NCBI GenBank assembly: GCA_051362555.1
Contig: CM120641.1
Coordinates: 34,974,401-35,038,400 of the forward strand
Length of the DNA: 64,000 bases
Direction: 5' to 3'
From: Lingula anatina
Lineage: Eukaryota; Animalia; Brachiopoda
Below are positions 1 to 15,000 of this stretch, piece by piece (position 1 is the first letter of the stretch; the number at the start of each line of letters is the position of its first letter). The position numbers and the translations under genes were made by a program. Under the pieces are notes generated by a model. It was given only the letters and a program-made list of their open reading frames with translations. It did not search any database and had not been told where the DNA came from.

Positions 1-84
1 CATATAACTAGTTAACAGAAAACACTGAATTTGTTCACAGCTTTGAAACAGTCTGTTGAGTAAAGTTTGGAAAACATAACCTTA

Positions 85-3000
85 CCAAACATTCAAATGC
101 TTCTTGATTAGCTGATCCAGCAAACTTCAGTGCTATTGCCATGCATCCTCCAGCTACGATGTTGCAGTAGGCTTGACTGCAAAGAAACCATGAAATTAAC
201 TGGATTATCACAAAAATCCTTTTTTTTTCAAATATTTCATTCAACTGGTATTTACAAAAATAGGTAAAGTAGATAATAGATCTAAAAACTAAAACATAGT
301 CTTTTTATTCTGATAAAACAAGAAAACAAAATATAATTTCTACGTTCCCAAATGGGATAAAGTTGGAATTGTAATTAAATCTCGTACTGGAGCTTTGTTT
401 CATCCATATCTCAAGGCCTTCTCTAGGTGAACTGAAATTCCGCTGTCACCGGTGTCATGTGGTTAAAAACTACGCGGGATGTCCCCCCAGTATCCAGTCC
501 CACAATCAGAGTGGTTGGTATTTCAGGGACCATTTCCATACCCGATCGTATTAGCAGGATCGATCTATCTCCCAGGGGTTTCTCACTAAATTGCATTTAG
601 TTTAAGGGTGCAGAAAAGTCAATTACCCCCCTAGCAGCTTCAGTGGGCATGACAGACATTTAAGCTGCTTAAACTGAATGCAATTTAGTGAGAATCCTCT
701 CGGAGTTAGATCGATCCTGCTAGTACAATAGGTTTATGGGAACCCAGTCTCAGACTGCCATGCTTGTCAAGGGTGGGCATTCAATCCTCTCACGAATGGC
801 CCTTTCACTCCTCATTTGAACCAGTCCTCCTCCTTGTCGAGGATCAAAGAGTCTCTTGTTTTAAACATCAGTGGCAGAGACATTCATTTTTAACTTCAGC
901 TCGAGCATGAGATTTAATATTACAGCATTCCATCTTTATCTAAGTTTAAACCAATGGACAAATAAAATTTTCCAATTTGATTCCCATCTGGATAAACAAT
1001 CATAGCTTGTTTTTTAAATGACTAAATGTTAGAATATGACAAAATAGTAATGGATAATATGAAAAATTTATCTATCATTTGTAGTAAATACCTCATAGTT
1101 TCAAAGTCAGTATCACAGGTTGGATCATTTTGGTATTTATCCCGGTTGAACGCATACATTTTTATTACCTGTAAAAACATTAGATTCACCATGTAAACTT
1201 ACATTACATATTGTCAATCTTATTTCATTTTCATTCTTAAGATTAGAAAACCAATACCACAGACAAAACCAAATTACGTGACAACAGCAAATTGAAAACA
1301 TATCAAGTTGAGTGGAACAGGCATCTTTATACCACACCTTTCACCCAATAGAGGTCCAGTTTCACCAACACTGATAACACATTGGTTTTTCTGGCATGTT
1401 TAATTTTAGCTCATCAGCAGAAACAGGCTTACATTTTCTCTCTCACACAGACACACAAAGAAAAAAAAGACATTCACTAAATGCTGTGGTCAACCAAGAA
1501 ATGGATGTCTTGGTTGGAAATACTTATCCATAATGGATTTTTTTTTAACATTATAACCACAATGTATTTTTGGAACATTGTTGCTATACCTGTGGAATAT
1601 TTTGTTCAATCCATAATTTGGAAGGCAATACTGAATCCCACAAAACAAGTCCCTGACTGATAACCTATAAAAAATGAAAAAAAGTCACTGAAATAAAATA
1701 TAACATATATTTCTGTTTTGTTATGAATATCATCATTTACAGACCTGACTGACGAGGCAGTGGTGCTAAAGAACCTGGCTTTAAAGGATTTGGCGCAATT
1801 AGAAAGATTCACCAGGTGTTTGTGTTCAGCAGTTTGGATTTTATGTTCTTCAAAGAGTTGATGAAGGATATTTTTTATGGGATGCTGCAGTAACTAAACA
1901 TTTACGTCACTACCAAAGCATTCTTAAAATCAAGAAAAATAATGAATCAAAATTCTGAATATTGTAATCCATGCAGGTTTTTTAGCATCAAGATTTCACA
2001 TTTTGCATTATCAAGCAAAATCAAGATTGTAGCTGTCAATTTTTGTTTTCTTGATGTTGCTGGGCCCAAAATGCTTCATCTAAGGTACTATGATCATGTG
2101 AACTCTCTATTCAAAACAACCGTGAACACAACAACTTGTGTCATTTAAGCATGTATAATTCAGGCACAGCATGCATCTCTTACTTACTCTAAGCATGAGG
2201 AAATCTGGCCTAACAAAATCCAATAGAAACTGTGTGTCAGGTGCCATCAACCACTGGGCAACAGCGCTGGCAAATGAGAATAGGAAATAAGAGATAATTA
2301 CAGTCATTTTTTTTTTTTTACCTTTAACTGTACATCAAGTACCATCAAAACACAACTACAAGATCTGAGAGACTTTTAATCATTCCAGAAGTACCACCAG
2401 CTGGGTTTTACACACAATTGGGATTAATACCCACAGAGACATACTTCAAGCATATTTAGATCCTTGCTCCAACAAAGCTTCCAGGTATTGTTTGTGACCC
2501 AGAAATATGCTATATAGCAACAAAAAAAGTGGGTTTATAGAACCTGGTCAAGGTCTGCCAATCACAGACCAATTATATTTGGGTTGATAACTGCAGGGTC
2601 TCTAATAATGCCAAAACTAAAAACAAGTTTTTGTATTTGCTGATGATATAACTAAATTTACACTGAATGTGAGAATAAAACAGTGTTCAAAGTACACACA
2701 ATGGACAATGGAAGTCTCACCCCCTTAATCAGAGTAATCAAATAATAATCAAGTAATCAATAATCAAAGTAGTTAGATCTTGAGTAGTTATAATGCCTGG
2801 TCTTTTTTTTTTCTTTTTGTGAAATTTGATGTTAATAAAATGATACCAGGAGCATATCATTCCACAGTCATTTATCTCCCCCAAAATATTGGTTCAGTAG
2901 GGGTGACACTTCTATTGTCCAGTGTGTGTAGGTATCATAACAATTACAAGAAGCTGGATTAACTCATCTTTTTTTTTATTAAATCATCAGCATATCAAAA

Positions 3001-6000
3001 TAAAAACTTGCTGTTAATAGCCATCTTTAAAAGAAAAAGCACACCAAAATGGTTTGTTATCTTTGTTATCACTTAATAGGTATTATCTCTTTTCCTCTTC
3101 TTTCTTTCTGTACTTAACTTGTGCTCCTGATATATATGAAGTTTTACATTTACTCTGTTGTATATATGTATATACCTATCCATTTGTTTTATTTATTTAT
3201 TTACTTATTTAATTTAATTTTGTGGAGAGCATATAATGCTTCCAGCGCCTTGCCTCCACTTCATTCTTTTGAATAAACGTTGTTTAAAAAAAAAAACACC
3301 AAAATGGTTAAATAACCAACTTACCTGTTATTGCTCTTGAAGAACATCATCCCTAGGGCCAGGGTAGCACCTGGGGAGGTCACATTGACATTGACTGCAT
3401 CCCCTTCCTGAAAGATACCCCATTAGTATTATATCTGGGTTAATTGGGACAAATCAAGGTCAAGGCAGGTCAAGAAAGGTCAAGGTTACTGTGGAGCAGC
3501 AGCAGCAGCAGTAGTATGTAATTGAATTTCAGAATGTTTATGTCACTTACTTTAATTTGGTAACTTGGAGATTTGTATCGTTCTTTATTTAGGCCAGTCT
3601 GAAAAAGAGATGACAATGCTGAAAATTGTATATATTTTTGATAAATATAAAGAAAAACAGCAAACTGAATCTTTTTTAAAACAATTCATTAATTTTTTCA
3701 AAACGTTTTTCCTTTCAAAATGCACTATTTCAAGCAGCACATAAAAGAGTAGATGTAAAGAACTGTCATACCATGGGCCTTTTATGTCCTCCAACCATGA
3801 AGTGATAGAGCTGGTCGGCCATGTTTAGGTCAGACAATCCCAAGGTCTCACTGCCTCTCTGATGAAAATAAAGGAAATTGAAATAGTCATTCAGGCTAGG
3901 AGGAAAGGGTATCCATACAGCTAAAAAAAATGGTAAATGTCTTTCAAAAACTTATGTTGGAATCTGCTCTGGCATAACATCACTGACAATGAGTACATGT
4001 ATTATAAAATGTTCTTTTTTTGCCTCAAGAAAACGGATTTATGTCACCATTTTTTTTCTTACCCCTAACATGACCATCCCTAAAGCAAGTCCAGCTGCTA
4101 GGGAGTAAGACTCACGGTCAGTAGCATTGTCCATTTCGGGCCCTGGAGGACGGCCTGTAATTAAGATGATTTCAATTTGTTCAAGATAACTACAAATACT
4201 CAAAACTAAGTCTTAAAGATGGTAATTTAGCACACTGATGCTAATAAAAATTGGAACCTTAAATATTTCTATATAATGGTTTTGCTGTAAACCAGTCGTT
4301 AAATTTTACCAAAATGCCCAATTAAAACAATTAAAAATTAACAGAGAGTATGAGCATCGTCTCCCAGTCTATTACCTATCTCAGCCAGCAGTACAACAGC
4401 CACCCTATAATGGTTTATCTGTAAACCAGTTGTTGAGTTTTACTAACATGCCAAATTAAAAAAAAAATTATTTAACAGAGAGTACGAGTATCGTCTTCCA
4501 GTCTATTACCTATCTCAGCCAGCAGCACCTCAGCCACGTGCCTGTGTGCCGTACCCTGATAGACCAGACCCATGCCCAAGATGGCGGACACTTGCACCAC
4601 GTGGGGAACATCCAGCTCTGTGGAGGTAGGTGGCAACATGGCGGCTATGTGGATACTGAGAAGACGAACAGTCGCATGGTCCATTGTGCCTCTCCTGAAA
4701 CATAAGGAGAAGAGTGAAGTAAAAAAAAAGGTAGCACGATCAGTCATACCGCTGTTATAAATTTGCTTTAAAAAAGTTACATTATTACTGTTTGCCATGG
4801 TTTAACATAAATATAATTCTTAAAAGTATATAATAAACTGCATGGGGACAAGGTTTGATATGACTATATGATATCAAACAATTTAGACTTTTTACAAACA
4901 AGATGAAGAGCAGCAATACATGATCAGATTAAAATTAATGGCTAAAAAAACCCAAAAATATAATAAAAATGTGCTAACACCATATATACATTCAAACTAG
5001 AGTACACTTCTACTTACTTTGCCGCAGCAATTCCCAGCAACAATCCAACACCTGTCATATCATGTCCCTACGGAAATGAAAAAAAAAAAAAGTTGACATT
5101 TCACTCAAATATTTTCCCAAAAATTTATACATTAGCAATCCAAAATTCACATTTTTTGGCTGGGATTACTAGCACTGAACCTGCACAATTTGACTTGATT
5201 TAACATAGCTGAAACAAAGTGTTTACGGAACTGGTGACTAAACAACATACCCTGCATAAATAGTCATGGACATTCATGGTTGCCAGATTGGAGAGATGAC
5301 CATTCAAACCCAGGGCCATTAAGAAGCCTGCATGTTCATTGGTCAACTCATTACTTTTTGGTTTGTTATAGATGATCCATGTAGAATCAACCTAAAAAAG
5401 GAGTAACCTTAGCTATAATGATGAAGATCATATCCTATGTTAATATTGTGGGCGGTTAAAAATGTCACTGCACTTCCATTTGCCATTAGCTGATATATCA
5501 CAAATTTTCTTATCATATTGATGCACCTGGCAAAAAAGGATAAATTCAAATCTGTATCTGTAAAATTGTGGTATAGAGATTTCTTAATTTGATAATACTA
5601 AGTAAACACATTTAAACTGATCAAGACAGTAACCATTCTAAAAGTTAAGTAAAGTTTGGTTCTTATGTACTGCTTAACATTATATATATATAATGTTAAG
5701 CAGTACATAAGAACCAAACTTTACTTAATATATATAATGTTAAGCAGTACATAAGAACCAAACTTTACTTAATATATATAATGTTAAGCAGTACATAAGA
5801 ACCAAACTTTACTTAATATATGTAATGTTAAGCAGTACATAAGAACCAGCATGGCTTACAATACAATTTTGGTGAAATTTTACAATGGCCACCTGGTCAT
5901 TTTTGGCCAAGATACAGAATGAGTGTTGACGCTCTTGCCTCCCTGGGGAGGATACTACCTGAGAGGAGTTGGCAATCTTAAGTCCTGCTGCAACTCCATT

Positions 6001-9000
6001 GTGGAACTGTGGCCACACATTCATGTTGGCTGGGGTCTCGATGTGACTCAGGTCTATGGTCGTGTTTCTAGAAAAATCAAAGCAAGAATTCTTTAGATGG
6101 TACCAAGTTTCTGTAGAGTACTTCACATCACAGTTAAATTGTTAATGGAACTTCAATTTTTTTCACTTATATTCTATTGTTTAAGTCACTTTCATACATA
6201 GTCTATCATTATACTGAAATCTTTTTTTTAAAAAAAAAAAGAGAAATAAATTAAAAGAGAAGCAAATTTTTTGGCCTTTTGTTGCCTAAAAAGTTAGATA
6301 TACCAAAAGAAAAAATTTTAATCAAAACATTTTTATACTTATTATACCTTGGTGGCACACGTCCAGTGAGACAAAGTTTGGGAATGGGCAGTGTTTCTGT
6401 GACAACAGGGTGGTAAGTACTTAATGTAAACATACCCCTGAAATAAGAATTCAGCATCGATAACATTTTTCTCAAAAAGTAAAAGTTCATCATACAATTA
6501 TCATAAAATGTACAGATGGAAAAACAGCCAAAACCATCTAGTTTTGGTTTTATTTAGTAGCATTTTATATAGTGAACTAATTTCAAATTTCCAAAAATAT
6601 ATAATAGACACTTCTGGGCAATCAATTTATCTCGAAGTTCATATCAAACCTCTCTAAGCACACTATGAATATTTAAACAAAAATTCTCAAGTTTCACTGC
6701 ACTATTCACCTTCCCAATGGGAGAGCCATTGTTCTGATGCAGATAGAGTACAGATGCCTGCTCTGCTCTTCTATGAAATCATGGTCGCTAACTTCAGGCT
6801 TTTGAGTAAGCATGATTTTGACAGGTTTAGAAGATCGTAGCAACTTGCGAACTTCCTGAATTCTGTGATCTTCATTGAACCGCAGCCTGAGCAGCTAGTA
6901 TGTGAAAGCAGTTTGAGATCAGCTATTTTAAATTAGTGTTTATAAGTTCTATCAGGATGTAATACACAAGTTCACAAGGTCAAAATATTAATCTGCTGAA
7001 TAAAGCCTACATTTTGACTAGATAATTCATATCATAAAGAATTAAAATGTGGCATGTCAGAAAAAGAAGAAAAAATTCTGCGATTAGAAATTTTGAGCAC
7101 CTACTTGTTTAGATATTCATCCAATAGAAGTATTCCCTATAATAATTTGATAACATAAAAATTCATAATATAGACACACATCCTCGTTTCAGAATATCTC
7201 TTTCATGAACAGAAAAACTATATTGAAAATTTGCAGTACCTCCTTGTCTAGATTATTCATCCCATCCTCATCTTCTCTGACATTTTTGGCAGAGGTCTCA
7301 TGGCTGCCTGGAGGAGCTGTGTAAGGAGTGTGCTCACAGTGGACTTGCTTGGCTAAATCTTCCCTTCCTAGAACAGGTTACAGGAGATATAGATAGTGAG
7401 AGAGATTAGAGAAACAGACTTGCTAAAACATCTTTAGAATATTATATCTTGGGCCATACACCCCACATCAATTTCAGGTACTGACTGTTAAAAAAATGAG
7501 CATATTAAATGCAAAACTGATATTATGAACATGTTAATAACAGCTAAAATACCATTAAGATAATAGTGAAGAGGAAATGCTCCTAAATACATATTGGCCT
7601 TATTTGCTTCAATATAATAAAAAGATAATTACATCATAAAAATCCAATTAAATGAAAATCCAACACCCCTAAACTTACTACATTTAACCCTTACCTATTA
7701 ACTGATAAGCTTCCTCTGGTAATGTAGAAGGTGGTGTTTCTCTACCATGGTAGATCGCTTCTCTCAAAGGCAATGCCACCCCCAGTGGCAGGTTTTCTAT
7801 TGACTCAAAGGTTATTCCTGAAACAGATGGAGCATCCTCAGCATTTCTTTGGCTATATTCAACATGCAAACACTCATTTTTTTTACCAGGCAATCCACAG
7901 TAAACCCATATTCCCCTAAAGTAAAGGCTTATTCCCCTAAAGAAAAGGCTATAAATAGAAAAAGTAGATTTTTTAAATTTTCATTTTTAAATTTTGACCA
8001 TTTAAACCAAGTTACAAAAGCCTTACTAACCTAGTTCAGTCATCAGCTGCAAAATATTTGTAGAAATGGAGGCTTGAGATGATCCAGCAAAACTTTTGGA
8101 CAGTGAGACATTAGTTGATGTTGGTCTGTGACCTAAAATGGAATCATACCATATTATAATGTACATTAATGTAACAAAATATTTAGTGCAATTGAAACCA
8201 TTTTGAAACCATTTTGACTGTGGTGATTTCTAATTCCTGTCCTTATTGATTTTCTGGAATAAGATATATTGATGCTTATCATTATTCTAAATATCTTCAA
8301 ATTAAGTTTCAAGAGATTTAGAGTAACATCTTGCTATTAAAGAATCAGGACAAATAATATCAAGTCACATTATTCTGAGTTTATTCATACAGCAAAAATT
8401 CTCACCTGCTGCTGCGATTTTCTTTAAATATTTTTCTTTGTCTGGTTCTCGTCCACTGTTGCTACACAAGACTGTAAATAACTGAAAAATGGAGGTTTGA
8501 TGGTCGTAATACTGCATGGATGAAGAACACAAACCTGGGTTCATTCGCCAGAAATAATCAAATACTTTAAATTCGCAAATTACAATTCTAAAAGTCAAAA
8601 TGTGTTGATGACCACAGTGAAAACTTACAACGTGACTGTCAACATGCTTCAATGATCACACTTACTATGACGATATTTCTGACTGATAATGTCACATTTG
8701 GAAGGTAAGGGAACACATCAGGTTCTGCTCCCTTCAGCACTTGGTACAGCCATCTGTAGATGCTGGGAGGGTTCACACTGAAAAAATGGGGCCTGTGCAT
8801 TTTTTGAAGATTTTCTGAAAAGAAAACAATAAGACAGTTACACCAACTGATTCACATAAAAGATGGATTTTAAAACAGACTAGAGCAGTTAGTTTTAAAA
8901 AAAAAACATCTTGCTACATTAGTAAACTTGCATTAATATCAAAGTGTACACTATGAAAAATGTCTGTCAAAGATAACCAACCTTTCCATATTTGTCCATT

Positions 9001-12000
9001 TTTAGAAGGGATAAATTTACTTTTCTTTTTGACAAAATAAATAAATAAATAAATAAAAAATACAACTTGACTCACCAGAAGAAAATTGGCTTCTTTCTTG
9101 CAACACATTAAAAAGATGTGGGAAATCTCTGCAGTAATGATCAATGTAAGCCTCACACTTTAGATCTCTGGAAACAGAAAAATTCCATTTATAAATATAG
9201 ATTTATAATATCAAATTACAATTTTGGTGACTTCTTCCATTAAAAATAACACAAAATGGTATGCTTACCAACAAAATTATACAAGAACAAAATAAATTTT
9301 CACAAAAGCATTCTACATAAAGTAAAATACTGTGCAATGATAAAAACCAGCCGCTAAAACTGTACTCATTATTATTACCTTGAGAGCTGGTGTAGCACTG
9401 TTGCTATTGACTTCAGCTCCTCAGAAAGTAGTCTGTTGAGTTTGGCATTCTACAAAGAATGAATAAATAATCTTGTCAAAAGTTGATACAGTGACTACGA
9501 GTCACTTACCATCAAACAATTCAATAACCTAATTAATATACACAAATCTCATAAATGCATCCAATTATGAAAGGTATTGTGAACCAGCAAAAGACAAAAA
9601 GGGGAGATGCAGTGTTAGAATTCACCAAAACAAGGTCATATAGTGAAATATATATATAATGTCATATAATACCAATGAAAAAACATTCCATGGTACACCA
9701 TCATATTGCACATTGTATTGTACTTGAATATTTGTTTCCACTGCTTTTGTTATTCATACCTCATATGCCAAATGTAAAGCAAACATGACTGCAGGTATGT
9801 GTGAGAAGAGCAAAGCTTGCACATCTGCTGTGCCCACTGTGTGACAGGAAAGGGATGGGGACTGTAAGGGAATTGGTTCTACTCCCAGGCTGTAACTGTG
9901 GGTATTCTGACTGAGCTTGTGGTGATCAGAGGACAGCAGGTATTGCCAATCCTGAAAAAAGTATCATTTCCATAAAAAATGATGGTTAGGAATGGAATGA
10001 TTCACTGAAACTGATAATTTTTTTGATACCAATTATTAACCGAACAGCACTTAACTCTTTTCAAGACATAGCAATCGCTTCGTTATTTTCTTTATTGTGC
10101 TCACCTCTTCAGTGCCATGGTCTGATGTTCTTGCTTTCTTTGTAGTCATCACAGGAGATGCACTGCTGTCCATATTGTACTGTTACAGAGATGAAAAGAG
10201 ACAAACAAATAGCTACTGAGGCAAATGAATTAGACAGCTTAAACATTCACTGTGCAAAGTTTTGTGATAAAAAAAGACATACAATTACCAAATATCTGAA
10301 GGTAAATTATGTGAACTAACACCAGATGAATACTCATTTACAAAACATGGAACATATCCTATCGCCAACATTATATCACCTTCTTTGTAAGAGCCAACTT
10401 TCCTGCATCGTATCCCATCAGATTAAACATGCACTTGACAAACTTTGTCCACTCTGATTGACTAGAGACTATACCAGCTGCATTACGGACTGCATACCAC
10501 TTGACCAGCACCTGTATGCCCACATCTCGGGGCAGAACCTGACTAACTGCTTTCAGACACAGCCTCACTGTATAAAAGTAATGGTCAACTTTCAGAAATC
10601 AGAGTAAGTGATGTATCCCATTCCTTGCTAATCATATAAGACAATATTTTAATCTGCTATCAAGTTAGTCAAATATTATTTATATTTTACAATATAAAGG
10701 AATAAAATTCCCAAAAAGTCACAACCTTAATAGGTTAAAGACTCGACTAAAACTTATACATGTTAGGGACTTACAGAGAAAGACCTATTTACCTAAAGGG
10801 GATTCAGCAAGTTCTGGTAGTCCAGTATGAAATAGCTGGCCATTAGCAAGTTCCTGTCAAAGACAATATAATTGTTAAATAACTTCTCCAACTTCATATC
10901 CAATATTTCATCAGATAACTGATAACAAGTGTTGATTCTATTACCCTTAAAGCAAGATTTAGATCATATTTAACTCTAAAAAATATAAATCTTACAATAG
11001 TCAACCTGTTTAAAAAACAAAATTTGCTTCACAGGAGTCTGGAAGCCTATTATTCAATAAGAAATTATCCACCAAAATGGCCCTCATACCACAGTGAACT
11101 GATTCTCTACAGGATCCTTTATCCCTGCTATAATACTAGGGAACTGCCAGGAAGACAACTCTTCAGCCAAGGAACCATCTAGAAGCTGACTCGATTCATT
11201 GAACTCAGTTGGCACTGGTGATAGCAGATTTACCTTTAAATATTAATGAAAAAAGTATGACAAGTTGATAAATATCCACTTCAATCTAACATTTTATGTG
11301 GGGCACTCATATTAGTGAAAATGAAATGCTGCAAATAATAATAAACCCTTGCAGACTAATAAACAATAAATTAAACTTTTATCCATATTTTTATCCTTGC
11401 ATCTTTTTCATTCTCCAATCTTACACCTTACAATCACAAATTTCCATAATACCATTGGCTTCAAAATGTAAAATTCAATTTCAACTTATGTATATATCAA
11501 TATATTTTTCTGTTAAGCCCCTTCAGTGTCTTTAAAAAAGCTTTCAGTGTCTTTAAACAGTGACTTCTTCAATTAGTGTGTAATACCTCCTCCTCAAATC
11601 CTGTGTCCATGGCACTGGGAGGTCTACTGGAGGAAAAAGGTCCCCGCGCCGGGCTGTCTGGTACAGGGGGATAGGACAAGGAAGTGGAAGGCGTGGCCAA
11701 AGGAATGCCTGGAACATGGATACTGTTCACTTGTGTGGTGCCTGTATACAGCACTAGGTTGCTGCCAGGGTCCAGGACCACCATCATGTTTAATGTCTGA
11801 AATATTTATGGATTGTGGTTATTGTGTGGCAATTAAAATGATCCAAACACCATGTTTTCTTTAAAGGACTATTCAATATCAAAAGGCCAAACTCTTTACT
11901 TTAACAAGTGAACCAAAAAAAAAAAACATTCTGGAGTATTACAAATGTCTTTATATCACATACATAAAAATAAGTTCATTTCTATCATCAACATCATATC

Positions 12001-15000
12001 TTAAAGTGCAAAACACTAAATTTGCAAAATGAAGACTTTTTTTTTGGAAGCCTACCTCCAATGGCCCAGCATCTCTGGCAGGAATGGTCAGCGCTGTTCC
12101 AAATATCAACTGACTTCTGTCATTGCTCTCTTCAAATTTCAAACACCTGAAAGTAAAAACAGAATTTAAACAATTATTTATACTTCTTTTTAACTGCTGC
12201 AGAAATTTTTGTCTGTCCCTCATGCGAGCCTGCCTAAAAGTGCCTGTTTATTATTTCACTTCATATATATATTAAGGGTAAACTGGGAAGACTTTTGATA
12301 ACAGATTTCTTACCTAAGTTGTTTTTCTGTTGGTATTAAGTAGCACAAATACTGCTGTTCACGCAAGTCAGTGGTAATGAAGACTTTACTTGCACGGCCA
12401 CTGTGCCTGCGACTAAATGATATAAAACACTATTAAAATGGAATCAATGTCATGCACTGCTAAATTTAACTCTCCACATGAGATTCAAAATTCCACAATA
12501 AATACATTTTAAACAACACAAAGAAATATAATAAATTCCATTTTATAACCAAACTGCCATTTAATGGCACTTCTCTTGCCAAAATGAAGAGTTGTTTTGA
12601 TCCCTTTAAGTATATGTTAAAAAATAAAATCATCATAACGATTAGTTTTATATATGCCTGTTATTGTCTGAATTTGTAAACCTCTTAATATTCGATTTCC
12701 ACTCAATTCAAGCATTATCAAGAGAATCACAAACACTGTGCCTACCCTCCAGTGATGCCGAGATCCGTCCACACTTGTTCCAGACACACATCAGGCGTCA
12801 GGGGCTCCCCCGCCTCGGCACAGGTGTCATTCCAGAGAGTGGTGTTGTGAGTCACTGGGGTACGAGACAGACACGCTGGGGACCGCACTCCAGGAGATGG
12901 AGTCTGGAACCTATAGAGACTGTTTGATGCCACAGACGGGGACTGCATTTGACTGAAATGGGACACGTTTGATGTAGTGTTGGATTTGGGCTAGGAATTA
13001 AGTTAGAATTTCTTTAAAAAAAATTGTTTTGTTAATATGAATTCTTTTTTCACATCAGTGCTCTAAATTCTTTGTATGCAGGAAATTCTACCTCTGGATA
13101 CTAGTTTGGAGGGCATTCTCTAGTTAACATATCAATATAGACATCACAGTGTAAAGACAACAATTACAGGTTAGTCCTTTCATGAAGCACACATACAAAG
13201 TGTAGCCAATGCATCTACAAAAAAAAAAAAAAAAAGAAAAATAAAAAGCCCTTTAGCAAAGGCAGTTGTCTGAAACAATAAAAGAACATCTTAGAAAACC
13301 CATTCAAATGTTTATAAAAAATGCTTACTTGAGTGATGCTGATTGTGTGAGAGATGGACTACTGATAGAGCGTGAAGCAGGAGAGTTGACTCGGCTGGGG
13401 TGATTTCTGAATGGTGACATGCTTGAAGATGGTGACAGGCTGGAGAAGGTCACTCTGGACAGGGAACTACTGCTGCTGGAATGACTATGTCCTGGCAGTG
13501 GTGTTGTGGCAGCAGACTGGACAGGAAGACTGCCCATCAAGTCCATCCCAGAGGCTGAAAACCCTTCCTGGGTAATAATAGTACTGATGCCTTAAAATAT
13601 AACTCACCTAAACAATAGCCAGGCAGCTCATTATTTAATAGCAAGCAAAAAATTTTACTTTGTATGCTTCGATTTTTTTTCATCTCAGATACAATTGTGA
13701 AGATCATAGACTATGAAAATAAGGGAACAAATAACCCCATTTACTTTTCTAAATTATGTCAAAGACAAGTAAAATTTGATGATCTGGATGAATCACAGAT
13801 GATAAATAGACTTAATTCAAAAGTTCTAAGTCTTAGAAATAACCCATGGCTTAAACAAATTCAGTGTCATAAAAATAAATCATAAATCTTGATTTACCCT
13901 TACCTCTAACTTTGCCCTTCTTATCTTCCATATAGAGTGCACCCCATGTACTGTGTCATACAGCACAGCAAGTGAGGGGTCCTCACTGGTGAACACTATC
14001 TGATGGCTGTGGCTGGTCACAAACTGGACCTTTGATGCATTCATGCCACCTAGGAAAATATATAATTTTTAGGATGATGAGTCTTATTGAATATTTGATA
14101 TATTTTTTATCCATAAGGCCATAACATTCAATACTGGCAACAATGTGTTATATTGTTAAAATTGTTAAAATTATTAGGGTAGTGGGGTTATATAATAAAA
14201 GTGCCCTTCTTTGGCCAAATCTAGAACAATCAATATTCTTTGTTGCCTTCTTTCTTGTTGTGAATGGGACTATGAAGGTTTGGGGTACACTGATAGAGGA
14301 GACCTAAAAATTGTAGGTTTCATCATTCATATACAGTAATTTAAAACTGTAGCTGTTACAGCACAAAGGTTTTTTTTTTTTGGCAAATCTAAGTTAAAAA
14401 AAAATATATATATATATAACCAACTTTTAGCTTTTCTTTATTAACACAACATATTCATAAGCACCAGTGAATTGAAGAAAAAAATGACTCTTGTTGCGTA
14501 AAGGGGATTTTTTGCATAAATTAATCCCAACAAAACAATATTAAATTAGATCAAATATGGCAATGAAATCATATCCCTACTCAATCAAAAATATGACATA
14601 TATTTGTCTGAGCTATATTCCCTCTGTATCACCTGTAGACTTGCTAATGACAGGTGCCAGCTCATCCAGTGGGTGGAGCATAGTGAAGAGGACAGGGAGT
14701 GGGGTCACCCTAGACCATACAAACAGAACAATGTATCTGTACTTAAATGCATGAAAATACCCCAAAGAATCAAACTAAATGAATTTTTTTTTACAAAATT
14801 TGTAGATTACAAGACTAGTATTAATCTAGGATACATTATTCAAAAGCAAATGTTTAAGATCATTTATATATATATAAAAAAAAACATATATGACAACTGC
14901 AAGACTATTCAAACTGATTAAAATACCAATCCCAATGATATTTATAAAAATTATTGTTCATATATATTACCTTTTAGAATTTGCCATCTCTCTGTGTGTC

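Noticed and set aside
1745-1775. CTGACGAG followed by a small stem, resembling a hammerhead core
   Set aside because: The required GAAA after stem II is missing (TAAAG) and there is no stem I/III pairing.
1864-1871. U12-type ATATCCTT donor on the minus strand
   Set aside because: It lies mid-intron; the flanking ANAPC1 exons join through ordinary GT-AG sites.
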